Shown here one piece after another: positions 27,101 to 40,714 of a DNA stretch of 64,000 nucleotides. The position numbers and the translations under genes are program-made. Numbering within the stretch: the first letter of the stretch is position 1; each line of letters starts with the position of its first letter. The notes beneath the pieces were generated by a model. That model searched no databases, was not told the DNA's origin, and saw only the letters and a program-made list of their open reading frames with translations. Location of the stretch: positions 1,850,576 to 1,914,575 of the forward strand of contig JAAOMT010000664.1 of the NCBI GenBank assembly GCA_016748015.1, read 5' to 3'. The stretch is from Geosiphon pyriformis uo1 (Eukaryota; Fungi; Glomeromycota).

Positions 27101-28745
27101 ACAGTCATGAAATGGAAAGAATACTTGAGCCAGAAGTTTAAAGTATACACAGATCACAAAGGATTAACATCACTCCAAAAACAAAAATTTGGAGATGGAA
27201 AACAGTCAAGATGGAAAATAGTACTCGCACTATATACTTATACCATACATTATAAAAAGAGAAAAGACAATAAAAATGCTGACGGTTTGTCATGAATGAG
27301 ACAAATCTAAGAACATTTCGAACCCAAAAATATAACAAAATCAGAACAACACCAACAAAAAGTATAACAAAAAATGAACATACAAAAATATCAACAACTG
27401 CAATATTATATAAACACTCAACAGTTCAAGGAGAATTTATCTCAAACGGAACAAAAGAGTATCAAACAACAATCAAAATACTTTATCACTCACCAAAATA
27501 TACTTTATTGGAAAAATAGAAAAGATCTAGGACAACCAACCAGAATAATTACAGAACCAGAAAAAAAGACAATATTATTCAACATGCACTCAAATCCAAC
27601 AGCAGAACACTTTCACAAAGAAGTAACCATAAAAAAAACCAGAAAAAGATACTATTGGCCATTGATGTATCCAGACATCATCTAATATGTGCGAAATTGT
27701 GATGCTTGTTAAAGAAGAAGAGGAACAAGACCCAGCAAACCATTGAGACCAATCAAAGTGGGACAACTATTTGACCACATTGGAATTGATTTAGTTAGAC
27801 CATTGATAATTACCAGTAGAGACAACAGATATATTGCAATAGCCATGGACTATCTTATTAAATGGCCAGAAGCCAAAGCAATTCAAAGAGCAGATGCAGA
27901 ATCCGTTGTCAAATTTGTCCATCAAGATCTGATTTGTCAACATGAATGTCTAAAAAAACTATTATTAGACCAAGGAACCCATTTTGTAAATAGAACATTA
28001 GCAGAACTAAGCCAAAAATTCGGACTTAAGAAACCACTATCATCACCATACCATCCATAAACCAATGGATTAGTTGAAAGATTTAATAGAACATTGTGTA
28101 AAGCAATAGTGAAACTCAGCCAAAAAAACCAGGATGAATGAGATTTGTTCATATCATCAGTATTATTTGTTTATTGGACAATAAAGCAAGACACCACACA
28201 AGCAACACCATTTAAATTGATATATGGTAGAACAGCAATATTACCAGTTAAGATAGAGGTTAACACATATCCAACTGAACCAATAACAGAAAAGAATTTT
28301 CAAGAGACATTGTTAAGAAGAACATATGACTTAATAGAAACATTGGAAAACAAATGAAAAAGAACAGCTAATAACATACAAAAGTCACAAGAGAAACAGA
28401 AAGAAAGACATGATAATTAACTACTAGACAAACCAGTTGAATTCAAGATTGGAGACAAAGTACTCTTACATTATACCAAAACAGAAAAACAATAGAGTGA
28501 AAAATTCGACCCCAAATAAGATGGACCATTTCACATAGAAGAAATTCTAGGGAATGGAGCTTACAAATTAAGACTGGATAACAAAATCTTAACCAAAGCA
28601 GCACATAGAGATCGACTGAAACCATACCACAACATCACACTACCATCCACCAGTAATGTTCCACAATTAGGAGTACAGAAGATACTAGTCCAACCAGAAA
28701 AGATTCCATGAGATCTGGAATTAATCATTATCATTGACAAAAACA
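21122..28745 (+). pseudogene. gypsy-1 gag-pol polyprotein, single frame broken only by point stops
   Basis: All ORF fragments (21122, 21698, 22160, 22997, 24035, 24725, 25154, 25499, 26603, 27107, 27374, 27743, 28145) share one frame. Gag (IRQEDTEAVTTY…QFIKEL), knuckle CHNCANQGHIKANC (~22781), protease LILDSGS (~23480), RT (FCVDYRKLN, LTNAPA, YLDN ~26507), RNase H (VYTDHKGL…NADGLS), integrase (H..H…C..C, IGIDL, DQGTHF, PYHP.TNGLVERFNRT, GPF). Confidence 0.93.
25060..25480 (+). pseudogene. dUTPase domain within gypsy-1 pol (between protease and RT)
   Basis: Trimeric dUTPase motifs: DAGFDL (I), ASRNSLA (II), IIDMGY..NI (III), KIVQAIF (IV), REI*GFGFTG (V). Confidence 0.9.
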
Positions 28746-28864
28746 TGTTAATTAATCCATCAAAAAAATATATAAAAACATAGTAGATGTGACAAGAAAT
28801 ATCAGAAAAATGGAAATTACAAACAACATCCACTTACTAGCACAACAACTCTCAACACCAAGAA

Positions 28865-29428
28865 ATGGAAATTACAATTAATCAACAAACCATCTAATAT
28901 CAAGACACTAGAAAAACATTGCCACATAAAACACAGAAGAAAACAGAAAATACCATTGACAAAATCATAGTGAAAGTAAAATTAGTAATAAAAGAGTCGA
29001 CAAAAGAGTTGCTATATCAAGAGTTGACTAAAGAAACTTGGAATTGGTGGATACAACAATTTCCAAGAAACTATTGTTATTTTTACTTGGGATAACATGT
29101 GAATATCCAGAATCTATATATGGATAAAACAAAATGATTATTCAACACCAGAATATTACAACAATTAGAACATTTTGTGGGAAAGAACAACTTATTCACA
29201 CAGGCCCGAGCCATATACCGAATACACACAGCATTTCAGGATCAACCAGAAATCTTACTCAACAAAGCAATAGACATGGTTACCAATAATCAATTAGAAA
29301 AGATCACCAACACTCAATTTGAAAAATTACAGACTCAAATAACACAAGTAATTCTCGAAAATGAAATTCAGGAAATACTTCAAGAAGGGGAATTAACAGA
29401 ATTAGATTTCAATGGAGCTCAATATTAA
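28865..29428 (+). pseudogene. Unassigned 3' accessory ORF (~187 codons) of gypsy-1, ending at the PPT
   Basis: ATG at 28865 is in frame with the 83-aa ORF 29177-29428. Three internal stops (TAA, TAA, TGA) are each one C>T from CAA/CGA. Similar to the 3' ORF of gypsy-2. Confidence 0.6.
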
Positions 29429-29441
29429 AAGAAGGGAATAA
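29427..29441 (+). promoter_or_regulatory. Polypurine tract of gypsy-1
   Basis: AAAAGAAGGGAATAA immediately before the 3' LTR TG. Confidence 0.85.
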
Positions 29442-30302
29442 TGTTACTCATAAAAATATAGAGAATATATATTAGCATAGTTATTAGCTAATCAGAAGTA
29501 GACGTAATAAAATGTGGAATTCCAGGATTCCTCTCAGGAATTGCAGGATTCCAGGAATTACAGGATTCTCATGAGGAATTGCAGGATTCCAGAATTTCAG
29601 GATTCCTCTCAAAGGAATTGTAAGATTCCAGGAATTCCAGGATTCCTGTTGTGAAAAATTAAGAAATTGAGAAATCTCAATTATGTATATATAGCAGTAA
29701 TATTAGAAGCTGAAAAAGGCAGACCTTCAAGTTTAGATTTCATCTAGACAACCTTCCAAACACAATAAATAACTATTTGGTATCTCAAACCTAATTTCAC
29801 TATCAACACTCCATGTTGATAGTAATTGATACTTAAACACACTGGAACAATAACTCTTGATCACAGCTATTGACAAGATACTGACTTGCAAAATTACCTT
29901 GGCTTATTTATGATTTTTTTTTATTTCTTTTCTTTATTTTATTTTGATTTTATTGTTGTGCACTAATTGATTGAATAAAGCGCTGGATTACTGACATCAA
30001 GAATTGCCTGGTAAAAGACCCCTGTGAGAGAGTAGGATATATACAGAAGATACAGAATACTTACCAGAAAATTGCCAGTCATCACGCCAAGAGAAAAATT
30101 GACAGAATTGTGATTCTGGGAAGCTACAGATAAAACAACTATTGAATCTCTGTCTATTATATAAAAAACTCAACCCGAAACCTTTAGATACAAAACCTTC
30201 AGATACAAAACCTTCTGATTAATAACATCAATGCAAATAACTTTTAGCATCAAGTTACAGGTTTGTTATTTGATTCAACACCCCAAATAATCACTCATAA
30301 CA
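29442..30302 (+). repeat. 3' LTR of gypsy-1 (861 bp)
   Basis: TGTTACTC…CATAACA. One extra 15-bp AGATACAAAACCTTC-type unit relative to the 5' LTR accounts for the length difference. Confidence 0.95.
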
Positions 30303-33300
30303 TCATGTTTAATTTTGAGTACAGTTTTAACACTATAAAAAAAAACATAAGTTTTAATGATATTTAAGTTTTATAAATAGAATAGAATTTTGACAAATAT
30401 TTAACTTATTGCTCTGATTAAAATTTTTTTCAAAGATTCTATCAAATCGGATTTTAGTTATTTGCAGCAGATTTAGTGTTTTTTATAAAAATAATTTTTC
30501 TGTCTTAAAAAGTACTTTAACACAGTTTTTAATTTTTGCTGTTGTTTTAGTGATCAAAGATACTCTGAAAAAAACAGAAAGGTTTAATTGGTTTTGTAAA
30601 ACATGTATAAAACATATAATTCTGTTTATTAGTATTATTTAAGAACTAGTTTTTGACATATTAAAATATGTAAAAAGTTTATTAGTTTTTTTGGCAGTAT
30701 TCATAAAGATAAGATAACCAGAATTATAACAGACTTTGGTCTTATAAATAAATATTTTGTACATGATAGACTGGATTAGAATAAGATATTTTTTCTTTTT
30801 TTTTGGAGAATTTTCTATGATTCTTTTTTGTGTAAGATTAAAAAACACAAATATTTGTGTGGATATTTAATTGATACCAAATTTGTGACCAAAACAGACA
30901 AAATAAAAGCCAAAAGAAAAAAATTTTTTTTTCTTGTAGCCAGTGTTTTTGTCAATAATATTATCTGAATTGAAAATAACTAGGCTTTTATACAATATAT
31001 TTTGAATATTACTAGTAAATTTTTTTTATTTAATAATATCTTAATTAACAATAATAAAACAGTTGCTATTTTCATTAATTAAAGAGTTAAAAATGTCTTT
31101 TTAAGAATTAATAAATTGCCAATTTTAATTGTTAAAAGTGGTGTATTATACATATATTTGAAATTTTTTTGTCAACAAATGATTTGTTCAAACCCAGTTT
31201 AATCAAGACTTATTCTAATATTAAGTTTTTTTTAAATATAGTATTAAAGAAAGCTATCATAGATAAGCAATTTTTTTATCTGGTTTTAACTGTTTTATAA
31301 TCTATAATTGAATATTAATTACAGTTTAGTTTTGTTTTTCCTAGAACATATTACTACTAAGATATTATAATTAGAAAAAATTTCAAGTTAAAAGCTGGTT
31401 TGTCTCAAAACTTCCCTAGTAAAACACTATATTATCTTTTTTTATATAATCTAAAGACATTTAAACAAATTCAGGCTAAAGAGAAAGTTGTTTTAACTAT
31501 TGCTTTTGTGAATGCTACTGGTATTTTTGGTTGGTTTTTTGATTACAGATTTTAAGCTAAACTTTTTTGAATTTCTTATAGTATTCAGTTAAATTGCAAG
31601 TCAACTTTTTTAACAATTTTTTGGCTGGAGTAATACATATTTTTTTGGACAATAATTTATCATTAAAAAATAATTTGTTTTGTGTATTTTTTAATCTTAG
31701 CAAGTTTTTTATGTTAATTGTCTTAGAAGCTTCAATATACTTTAATAAAATTAGTTCTTTGAAGAAATTTGGTATGGCTTTTTGTAATAAGCTTTGAGAT
31801 AAACAGAGCAAAATTATGAATTAGAAAACTTTTTGTTACTAAAAGAGACTGGATTCTAAAGAACTGTGTCTTTTTGATTTGTTTTAACATTAAAGTTTTT
31901 ACATAATTCTAATCTTGTGTTGGTATCTTCTAGTGTAATCTCTGAATTAACAGATATTAGTGTTTTGTTAACAAATGAATTTTCAACTTTAAGAGAACAC
32001 TTACATAAAATCTGATTAAATTTAGTTAATGTGTACACTAATAAATTTTTAAAGAATTTGGATTTTGTTGCTATTGTAAATAAGACTGCTGCTTATTTTT
32101 CTAAGGTAGATTTAAAGTTTGAAATCAGAATTAATGAGTTGTTGTCTTCAACACTAACCAAATTACAAACCATTGCTCTTTTTTTGAAATGCATGTTTTT
32201 TTTTTGTGCTATAGTTGTGTACTCAAATAGCCAAACTGTTATAGATGTATATATATTAGAATTGGAGTTTTTAAGTTCTGATTTTCATAATTGCTGTTGA
32301 ATAGAAAGGAAACATATTGCAAACTTGATTAGAGATAAAAATTTTTTAGTAATTTAATCAAAAATTAAAGGACATTTAAAAATTTTAGACAATATTTATG
32401 CTGATGTTTTAGCAAATAAGACTGTATATTCATCTTTATTGCTATTCAACAATATATATAAATGCTTTATTAAAACTAATAGTTTAGCAGTTTCTAATAA
32501 TATTTGTTATTTTGTTCATAATATTTATATATTAGTAAATTGTATTCATTAAGAAACTGAGCCTAATTCTAAAATAATTAAGAGTTTTTTGATTTATAAG
32601 ATTAATTGGATTTGTACTGTTATAATTTGGCATTCAAATACACATATGCTTTCAAGTTTTATGAGTAAAATTTTAGCTAATTTGCACACATATTTTATAA
32701 AGACAGTTTATAGAAAATTGCTTATTATGATCAGAAAGAAATTTTATAACAAAAATTATTTGGGTGTTTTGTATTTACAATATAGAGAAATTAAGTTTTT
32801 TGATTACATATTTACATATTTACAAGAGACTGACTTTTACAGAAAAATAATTTTTAACCAAGTTTTGGTTTGAAAATTCTTGATAAGACTTTATGCTTTG
32901 TTATTTTTTGTAATAATGAAATTACTTTTAATATGTTTGTTAAATATTAGATTGTACATGTTTTTTTACAAGAGGTTTATTCTTAAAAATTGGTATAGTA
33001 AAGCAATATAAATGTTTAATAATTATAAGAAAACTGTTTGTATATTAGTTAATTTTGTACATGGATTAAATAAATATTATTATTTTGTTTTATAAAAGTT
33101 TAAGTCTAAACACAGAGCTAACATAAAAAGACATAGGTTAATTGATAATAATAGAGTAATATATAATGTTTTTTATATTTTAGAAACAGAATTGTTAAAT
33201 AAAGTAGTTAAATTAATTAGTATTGATGAGTTTTTTGTATTAGTTTTGGTTTTTATAAGTTTTGTTTGTTCTTTTTGGGTCTGAGTGAGAAGATTTCTGT

Positions 33301-36300
33301 TTACATAAATATATAGTGTTGTCTTAATCAGTTCAAATAACTGATTATATATAGAAAAAACATGAATTATATCTAATTAAAATTTTTAGTTTTGGTTCTG
33401 TATAATAAAAAGTGATTAGACTGTATTTATTAAAATAATAATAATAAAAAATGTTAATAATTCTAAACAAACTTAGTTTAAAACCATTTTTTTATTTTAG
33501 TTATTGGAAATTTTTAATATATTTATAAAATTAAAATTAATAAATAATTTGAATATATAAAATTTGTTTAAAGACATTTTGTGTTTTTTTGCTAATTAAG
33601 TCTTTTAATGTTTATTTTAATTTAATTTTAAGTGTTTAATACACAAATAGTTAGTTTTAAATATTTTAAAAATATTTATAGTCTGAGTTTTGGTGTAAAG
33701 TAGTTCTGTTTTTAGTATTATTATGTTAGTTTTATTTAAAACTAAAAAAAAATATTGTTTTTTAAAATATAAGAAATCTTATAAATAAAAATTAATTAAG
33801 ATTAATAAAATTATTGTAAAATACTTGAAAAATTTTACTACTAAATAATTTGTATTTTAATATATTTTTTTTACAAAATTTTAAATTATTTGATTATAAA
33901 TAATAAATTAATTTTAAATTGTTAATTAATTTAATTATAAAAAATTAAATTAAAAAATAAAATATATATAATATATTATTTATTTATAGAAATAACAATA
34001 TTTTTTATTAAAATATATGAATAATTTTGGTTTTATAAATATATTATATGTAAAATTAAGATAAATAAACTTATTATAATTATTAAATATTTTCTTAATA
34101 ATAAGACTATTAGCTTGTTAAGTATTTTAAATAAGTTATAAAACATTATAATATTTATATTATTAACCTGCTATTAAATCTACTGAATTTTTGTTTAATT
34201 GTAAAGTCTGTTTTTATTTTGTAAAAAAGTATTTAGGTGTTAATAATTTCGAAATTTTATAATTAAAAAAAGTTTTTATTAATATTTATTTAATAGCTTT
34301 AATTAAAACAGTCAAAAAAATTCTGTTTAAGATTTTGTTTAATTGTATTTTTATAATTTATAATAAATTTAATATTTTTTGAAGTGATAATTTTTTAGTA
34401 TTAAAAGACATATCTACTTTTTTACCAGTTTTTGTTGTAAATTTGGTTATAAAAAATATTCTTAAAAAAAATTAAAAACTTTAATTGGTTTTATAAAATA
34501 TGTATAAATATATAATTCTATTAAATAATTGTATCTTAAAAACAATTTGTTAAAAATAAAAATATGTGTTAAATTTTTTAAATTTTTTAAAGATATTTAT
34601 AAAAATAAAATCAATTATATAATAACAAATCTTGGTCTTATAAATAATTACATATATAATAAATTAGATTAAAATAAAATATTCTTATTTTTGCTTTGAA
34701 AAATCTTTTATAATTTTTTTGGTATAAAATTAAAAAAAATAAACAGTTTTATAATTATTGTATTAACATAAAATTTGTAATTAAAATAAATCAAGTAAAA
34801 AATAATCTAATTTTATGTTTTTTTTGACTACTAATATTTTTATTGTTAATATTATTTAATGTATTTTAGATATTACAAGTAAATTTTTTAAAATAAATAA
34901 TATTTTAATTAATAATAACAAAACTATAACTATTTTTATTAATTAGTTTTTTTTTTAATTATAAAATTAATAAATAAAGCCCAACTGCTATTTAATACAT
35001 AGAATCCAACTAAGTAAAACAAACTAAATACAGCTCACACACTTACTACATGTGACCAGCCACTTAGATCAGACAAAGCAACACTACACACCTATGCTAA
35101 CAAATACATTACTACCTAAACCTGAAAAAAACAACACATTTTGTGTCTACCAAAATTAACAGCAAAAAATTTTATAATACTCAGCATACAAATCACTTCA
35201 TCTGACAACTAAAATACTACACAACAAAACAAGTTCGAAACCAAACCATCATTACTGACTAAACCAGTCTTTTCCATATTCACCCTATGACTAAATCTAA
35301 CAAACTATATCTTGGTGTGATGTAATTTTATTACAAACTTAACATATTTGACAAGAACCAGAGCAACCTTTTTCTTTTTTTTAAAGACCAAAACAGCTTC
35401 AGTGAGCCAATCACTTAACACAAAACTCTTGTAAATTACAGTATAAAAACTCATATTTATAAAACACATTAAGAATAAATGCAAAACAGCCAAAACAAGT
35501 AAACAAAAAAAACTTGTCAAAGACATCTATTTTGCAGCAGTCTTAATCAAAATGTTCTCACAGAAACAAATATTACCAAAACAGATAAAAATGTGATCAC
35601 ACAATTCCACTTTATTACACAGCAAGCACAACACTCTGGAATAGTTTTTGTTATATAATCTCTTTTTAATCACTACCAACAGCCACTTATGTACTGCCTT
35701 CATTAAATAAGTGCACAGATTAGCCAACTTTCTACTAGTAAACTCAGATAGCATGTGCAAATCAGGTTGCCAAATTTTTACAGTAATAAACCAATCTATC
35801 TTTTTAATTATAATACTCAAAACCATATTATAATTAGGACCAGCCTCTCAACAAGCACAACAAATTGACCTGTATAGATTATGAATAAAGTAACAAGTGT
35901 TATCAGACACAGCATTATCTTCAGCAACCAAAAACCATTTTTAAATCTCAATTGGCAAAGAAAAAGAAAAAAAAGTGGCTTTACCAACCAATACATTAGT
36001 CTTAATATTGTTCAGAATTCTTGAATAACTCTTAACTTTTATCCAATTAACCAAAATGTTTTTATCTCTAATAAGATTGACTATATGCAATTTCTCGATC
36101 CAACATTGATTGTGGAAGTCAGGCACAGCAGACAAAATTTCAAATACACAAGCATCAATTACAAATTGGCTGTCCAAATAAAAAACCACAGCACAAGAAA
36201 ATAAAACACACTTTAAAGCCAAAACAATAGCTTGCAATTCAGTCAAAATGGAAAATAGAAGCTCAGACATTCTAACCCTAATACCTATGTTTGCAGCTAG

Positions 36301-39300
36301 AAAATAAGCAGCTGCCCTATTTGCCACCTTAATAAAACCAGCACCTTTCAAGGACCCATCTGTGTAGACCTCTATACAATTTGACCAAACTTCCAGCAAA
36401 CTACCACATACATCAAAGAACTTCTCAAAACACAAAACATCTAACACAGATAGTTTAGAGTCAACAGCAAACTTAACTTTCAAAAAAACATTATTGCTCA
36501 TAAACTTATATACCAATATAAACCAATAAGAAACAAAGCCCCTCAAATCCAATTTTTTTCACTACTAAAATGTTTTTCAGTTTATTACCTTCTCTTTTTT
36601 GTCCAAAAGTCTGTTACCAAATGCAATTTCAAATCTCTTTAGAGACAAAACAAAGTCATAATATAAGGATCTCTCCAAGATGCCAGATATTGGAAATCTA
36701 CCAAATTTTTGAAAAGCACTGAGCAAATTGTTTGCCAAAGCCAACTCATTTTCCAAAAAGATTCTCATTACACCAGCCAAAAAATTATTTACTGGACTAA
36801 CATGCAACTTGACAGGAAACTATAACAAATTCAAAAAAGACCATTTTAGAACCTGTAAATCCAAAAATTTGTGTTCAAATAACTGCCCAAAAATATCATA
36901 AGCATTAAAAAAAAAACTAGCAAAGCCAACTTTCTCTTAAACTGCACTTGCTCAAATGGTTTCAAACTATACAAAAAAAGATGATGCAAAATTTCATTGA
37001 AAAAATCTTGTAGCAAACCAGCTTTTATTTTAAAGCTCTTTCTGATCATAATATTTCACTTGTAATATACATCCAACAAGATAAAACTAAACTGTGTTTA
37101 ATAACTAACTATGAACTACAAAACAGCTGAAACCAAATAAGAAAATTGTTTATTTGTAATTGCTTTTCAAAGCACCACATTAAAAAAAAACCTGACATCT
37201 ACATAAGCTTAAACCAAACTAGACTTAAAGAAACTTTTAGTAAACAAAAAAATGCCCAAGTATTAGTGCAATTCACCCCTATTAGCAATCAAAATTAGTG
37301 AACTGTTAATAGATAATAAGACAAACTTGACACCTTGATTGATGAGAATAGTTACTGTTTTGTTATTATTAATCAAAATGTTATTGATAATAAAGAACTT
37401 ACTAACAATGTTCAAAATATACTGAGCAGAAGTCTGATAGCTTTCGACCCAAATAGTATTATTAACAAAGACACCAGTAGCAAAAAAGGAAGTTTTTTCT
37501 CCAACAGCTTCAACTCTGTCAGACTTAGCCACAAATTTAATATTAATTCTGTATTCATATAAGTGCTTATGCCTTTTTATCTTACACAAAAGTAGATCAT
37601 AAAAAATTTTTCAAAGGAGTGAGAAAAACACTTCATTCTGATTCAGACTATCATAAACTCTATAATTATTTGAAAGTCCAAAATCTGTTATTATTTTATT
37701 AAACCAATTCTTATAAATGTTGTTAAAAAACCTGATAAACCAACTGCATATTTTGATGCAATACAAGCTAGCCTTTAAGTAATGTCAGTCTACTAAATCA
37801 TAAACTTTGTGCATATTTTGTAGTATTAACTAAAGTTCTCTGTTTTTTTTCAAAGCATCCTTAACAATTGATCCAATAGCAAAAATAGAAAACTGAGTCA
37901 AAGTACTTTTCAACACCAAAAAGTTATTATTACAAAGAATGTCAAATTTGCTGCAAACCAATGATATCTGATCAGAGAAAATCTTAGATAAGATCTTATA
38001 GGCCATTTTAACTAATATAATAGGCTTGGTATTCATTAAAATTCCATTCCAATCATAAGGCTTAGAGATCATTGAAACCCATCCCCTCTTTCAAAGAGTT
38101 GGAACCACACCCAAAGTTAAACATAAATTCAATAAACCCAAAAAACATACTAATACCTTATCATTACAATGTTTTCAAAGTTTATTAAGTATCCCTAACA
38201 ATCTGGTGGCCTTATTATTTGGCAAATTACCAACAACCAAAACCAACTCTCTCATATTAATCTTCTTCATAATACCTAAAAAAGCATTATTATCTATATA
38301 ATCCAGAGACATATATTGATAAGACCAAAAATCAGACATCTTTGGAAGCACCAACTATTTTTTTGTTTACCCTACTATAATCTCATCTACCTTAAGCTTT
38401 ATTTCATTAGGCTCAACTACCAATTTATCATCTACTACCAAGTAATTTAAAACAATTTTGCAAAACAGATATTCTAAAATGCTTTTTATTATCTGTTTCT
38501 TGTTAGAACAGAAATTTTCCATACAACAGTCAATTGCCTTCCTAATAGCTGTATTTTTAATAGTCTTTGACTCATAATATTTAAACTTCTGATACCTTTT
38601 CTTTATTATTGACAAGTGTTTAATCAAATTCATTGAATTCACACTATTCAGAACCATGCCATCAACTTTAGACATCTCAACTTCATCAACAGTCATTCAA
38701 ATCTTGACAAAACAATAAGAATTCAAAAGATTTCCAGAATTCCAACACTTTACAATCATAGCAACAAGCTGCTCCAGCTTAAAAAATTTTGAAGAATGGT
38801 TGTTTTTTGAACAATCATATTTATTATACTATACTTTAGAAAACATTCTATTAGCAGCTTATACTATGGCTTCCTTTAGCACTTTTCATATTGTATTCAA
38901 GTTACTTTTGTTCTTTATAATCCCAAACACACTTGATCTTACCAACAATTCAATAGAAAAACACTTATTAAAATACAACTACTAAGTCTTGTTTGCATTC
39001 CTCAACTTGGACTTTTACTGGTTTTGATTGGCCTGCTTATAAGTACTGTTAAGACAAATGTCCAAAAGTCTATCTAAACTGACTAAAAATAAAACTGCCT
39101 TATAGTCTGTATTAAAAAACTCTAACACATCATCAATTTTGTGCAATGCAATTGTAAATACCAGATTTCCATTCACAAAAATGAAATTAATAACTTTTTC
39201 GACACCTTTAAAATTACTCCAAGTAGAAGCCTTGATTAATAAATGTTTATGGAATAAATTAACCAACTCCAGATCTACACAAAACTTGAAACTCATACTC

Positions 39301-39556
39301 TTTTTAGTACTATCTTTATTGAAGTCTTCACTCAACATCACAAAAGTACTGGAATTAACTGCTTTAATAATAAAAAAATTAATAGCAGATGCCTGACTAA
39401 ACTTTGCTTTGACAAAAACACCAGCATACAAATTCAGAATTGTAATTGACAATTTTTCTTTAAATAAAAATCTAACCAAAATAATCCTACCAGGAATCTC
39501 TTCAACCTTAAACACATGCCGAGCCAAAAAATTGTTTACAATAACAGCCATCCCAG

Positions 39557-40194
39557 TGTTACAGTTGAAACTCATAGTTTTTATTAGTTATCACATGTAT
39601 TAGCCACTGATGTCATATAATTAGCCACCCTATTTTTAAATAGTGATCATTGACCTGATTATTGACCACTTTTGATAGCTATATAAGCGAATCTCTTAGC
39701 TGTAGAAAGGCATGTAATAACAAGCATCTAAATAATCAAAAATAAATAAAATAACAACTTTCATCTCAATTCTTCTCTTATTGCTAATTTCTCTTTCCCT
39801 ACCTTCAAGTATCTGAACATCTTAAAGATAAAAAATTACTTGTTGGCCTTTTTTTGACATATATAATTGTAGTATTTAAAGATTATTTGAATAAATGTGA
39901 CTGAAAAACACAAGTTGATACCTGATATTGAATTCTAAGAGCACTGACATGAGACATAAAATTATAGCAGTGGTAATCAATTGTTGACAGTACGGACTAT
40001 TCCTCTACCTTCAGATTTCCCAGTTACTTTTGAAAAGAATAGTGACTGAGATATTTTATGAGACTAATCTCGCACATTGAATCCATACTCATTCAATTCA
40101 CTTTTTAAAGTTGAACTCCCCTTTGATTATTTCCATCACTCTACAATTCTGTTCTCCTTTGCTATCCATTAGCTTGTTACTCCAACCCATAACA
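39557..40194 (+). repeat. 5' LTR of gypsy-2 (638 bp)
   Basis: TGTTACAGTTG…CCATAACA; aligns to 43968-44645. Confidence 0.95.
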
Positions 40195-40200
40195 TAAAAG

Positions 40201-40217
40201 TGGTGCTCCCTGTGAGG
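40201..40217 (+). promoter_or_regulatory. Primer-binding site of gypsy-2
   Basis: TGGTGCTCCCTGTGAGG, complementary to a tRNA 3' end …CCUCACAGGGAGCACCA (elongator Met- or Ile-like; identity not established). Confidence 0.85.
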
Positions 40218-40714
40218 TTGTCAAAATTCACTTATTCTTTCATTGTATAGGTAATTACTCATATCTGCCACAGCAATCAGAAGAATACTTTGTAGTATAC
40301 AACAGAAATAACTTAGATTTTATTGAACTTAATCCTCTGTCCTTCTGCTTGATCTGCTTCCCCATTGAAAAACAATCCAGCAGACAATTTCAAAACTTTT
40401 AGAACTGGTTCCTAAATGAGCATTTAGCTGAAACCTATACAACTTATACAACCTATTACTTTGATCAAGCTTATTTTGAAGACAACTTTAAAGAAAAAAA
40501 CAACAGTATCAATCAGCTCTTATATTCTACAACCTTTGAACAACAGCTCCTTAATTTCGAATATCTGAATCATCAAATCCACATTTGGATTGCTGCCCAT
40601 CAATCAACAGTAACTCTCTTTGAAACAGAAGAAGAAAGCTATCAAACAGCTCCTATTTTTGATCTCTTCTTAAGTGAATCAGAGCACTCTACACAAACAG
40701 TAACTCCTAAACCA

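Larger units (their letters stand above)
20140..30302 (+). mobile_element. Ty3/gypsy LTR retrotransposon gypsy-1 (full-length, dUTPase-bearing)
   Basis: Paired LTRs (TG…TA / TG…CA), 4-bp TSD TCAT (20136-20139 / 30303-30306), PBS, PPT, and domain order gag-PR-(Cys-rich)-dUTPase-RT-RH-IN. Confidence 0.96.
5600..33451 (+). mobile_element. LINE copy A (heavily decayed, full-length), interrupted by hAT (7823-19060) and gypsy-1 (20140-30302)
   Basis: ORF1 remnant ~5653-7260 (SSFKILTTKISGLKLKLV matches the ORF1 C-terminus of other copies). ORF2 starts at decayed ATGA (ATAA 7257-7260). APE motif ST*SNFR|G.KKIINYIFVS is split by the hAT; LNS|CL is split by gypsy-1. RT remnant ~30350-31300, RNase H ~32031-32420, stop 33314-33316, conserved 3'UTR and A-rich tail follow. 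Confidence 0.8.

Noticed and set aside
28620-29428. env gene or chromodomain after gypsy-1 integrase
   Set aside because: No hydrophobic signal or transmembrane segment and no chromodomain aromatic-cage pattern visible.
40201-40217. tRNA gene
   Set aside because: Only a short complement of a tRNA 3' end (a PBS); no cloverleaf.
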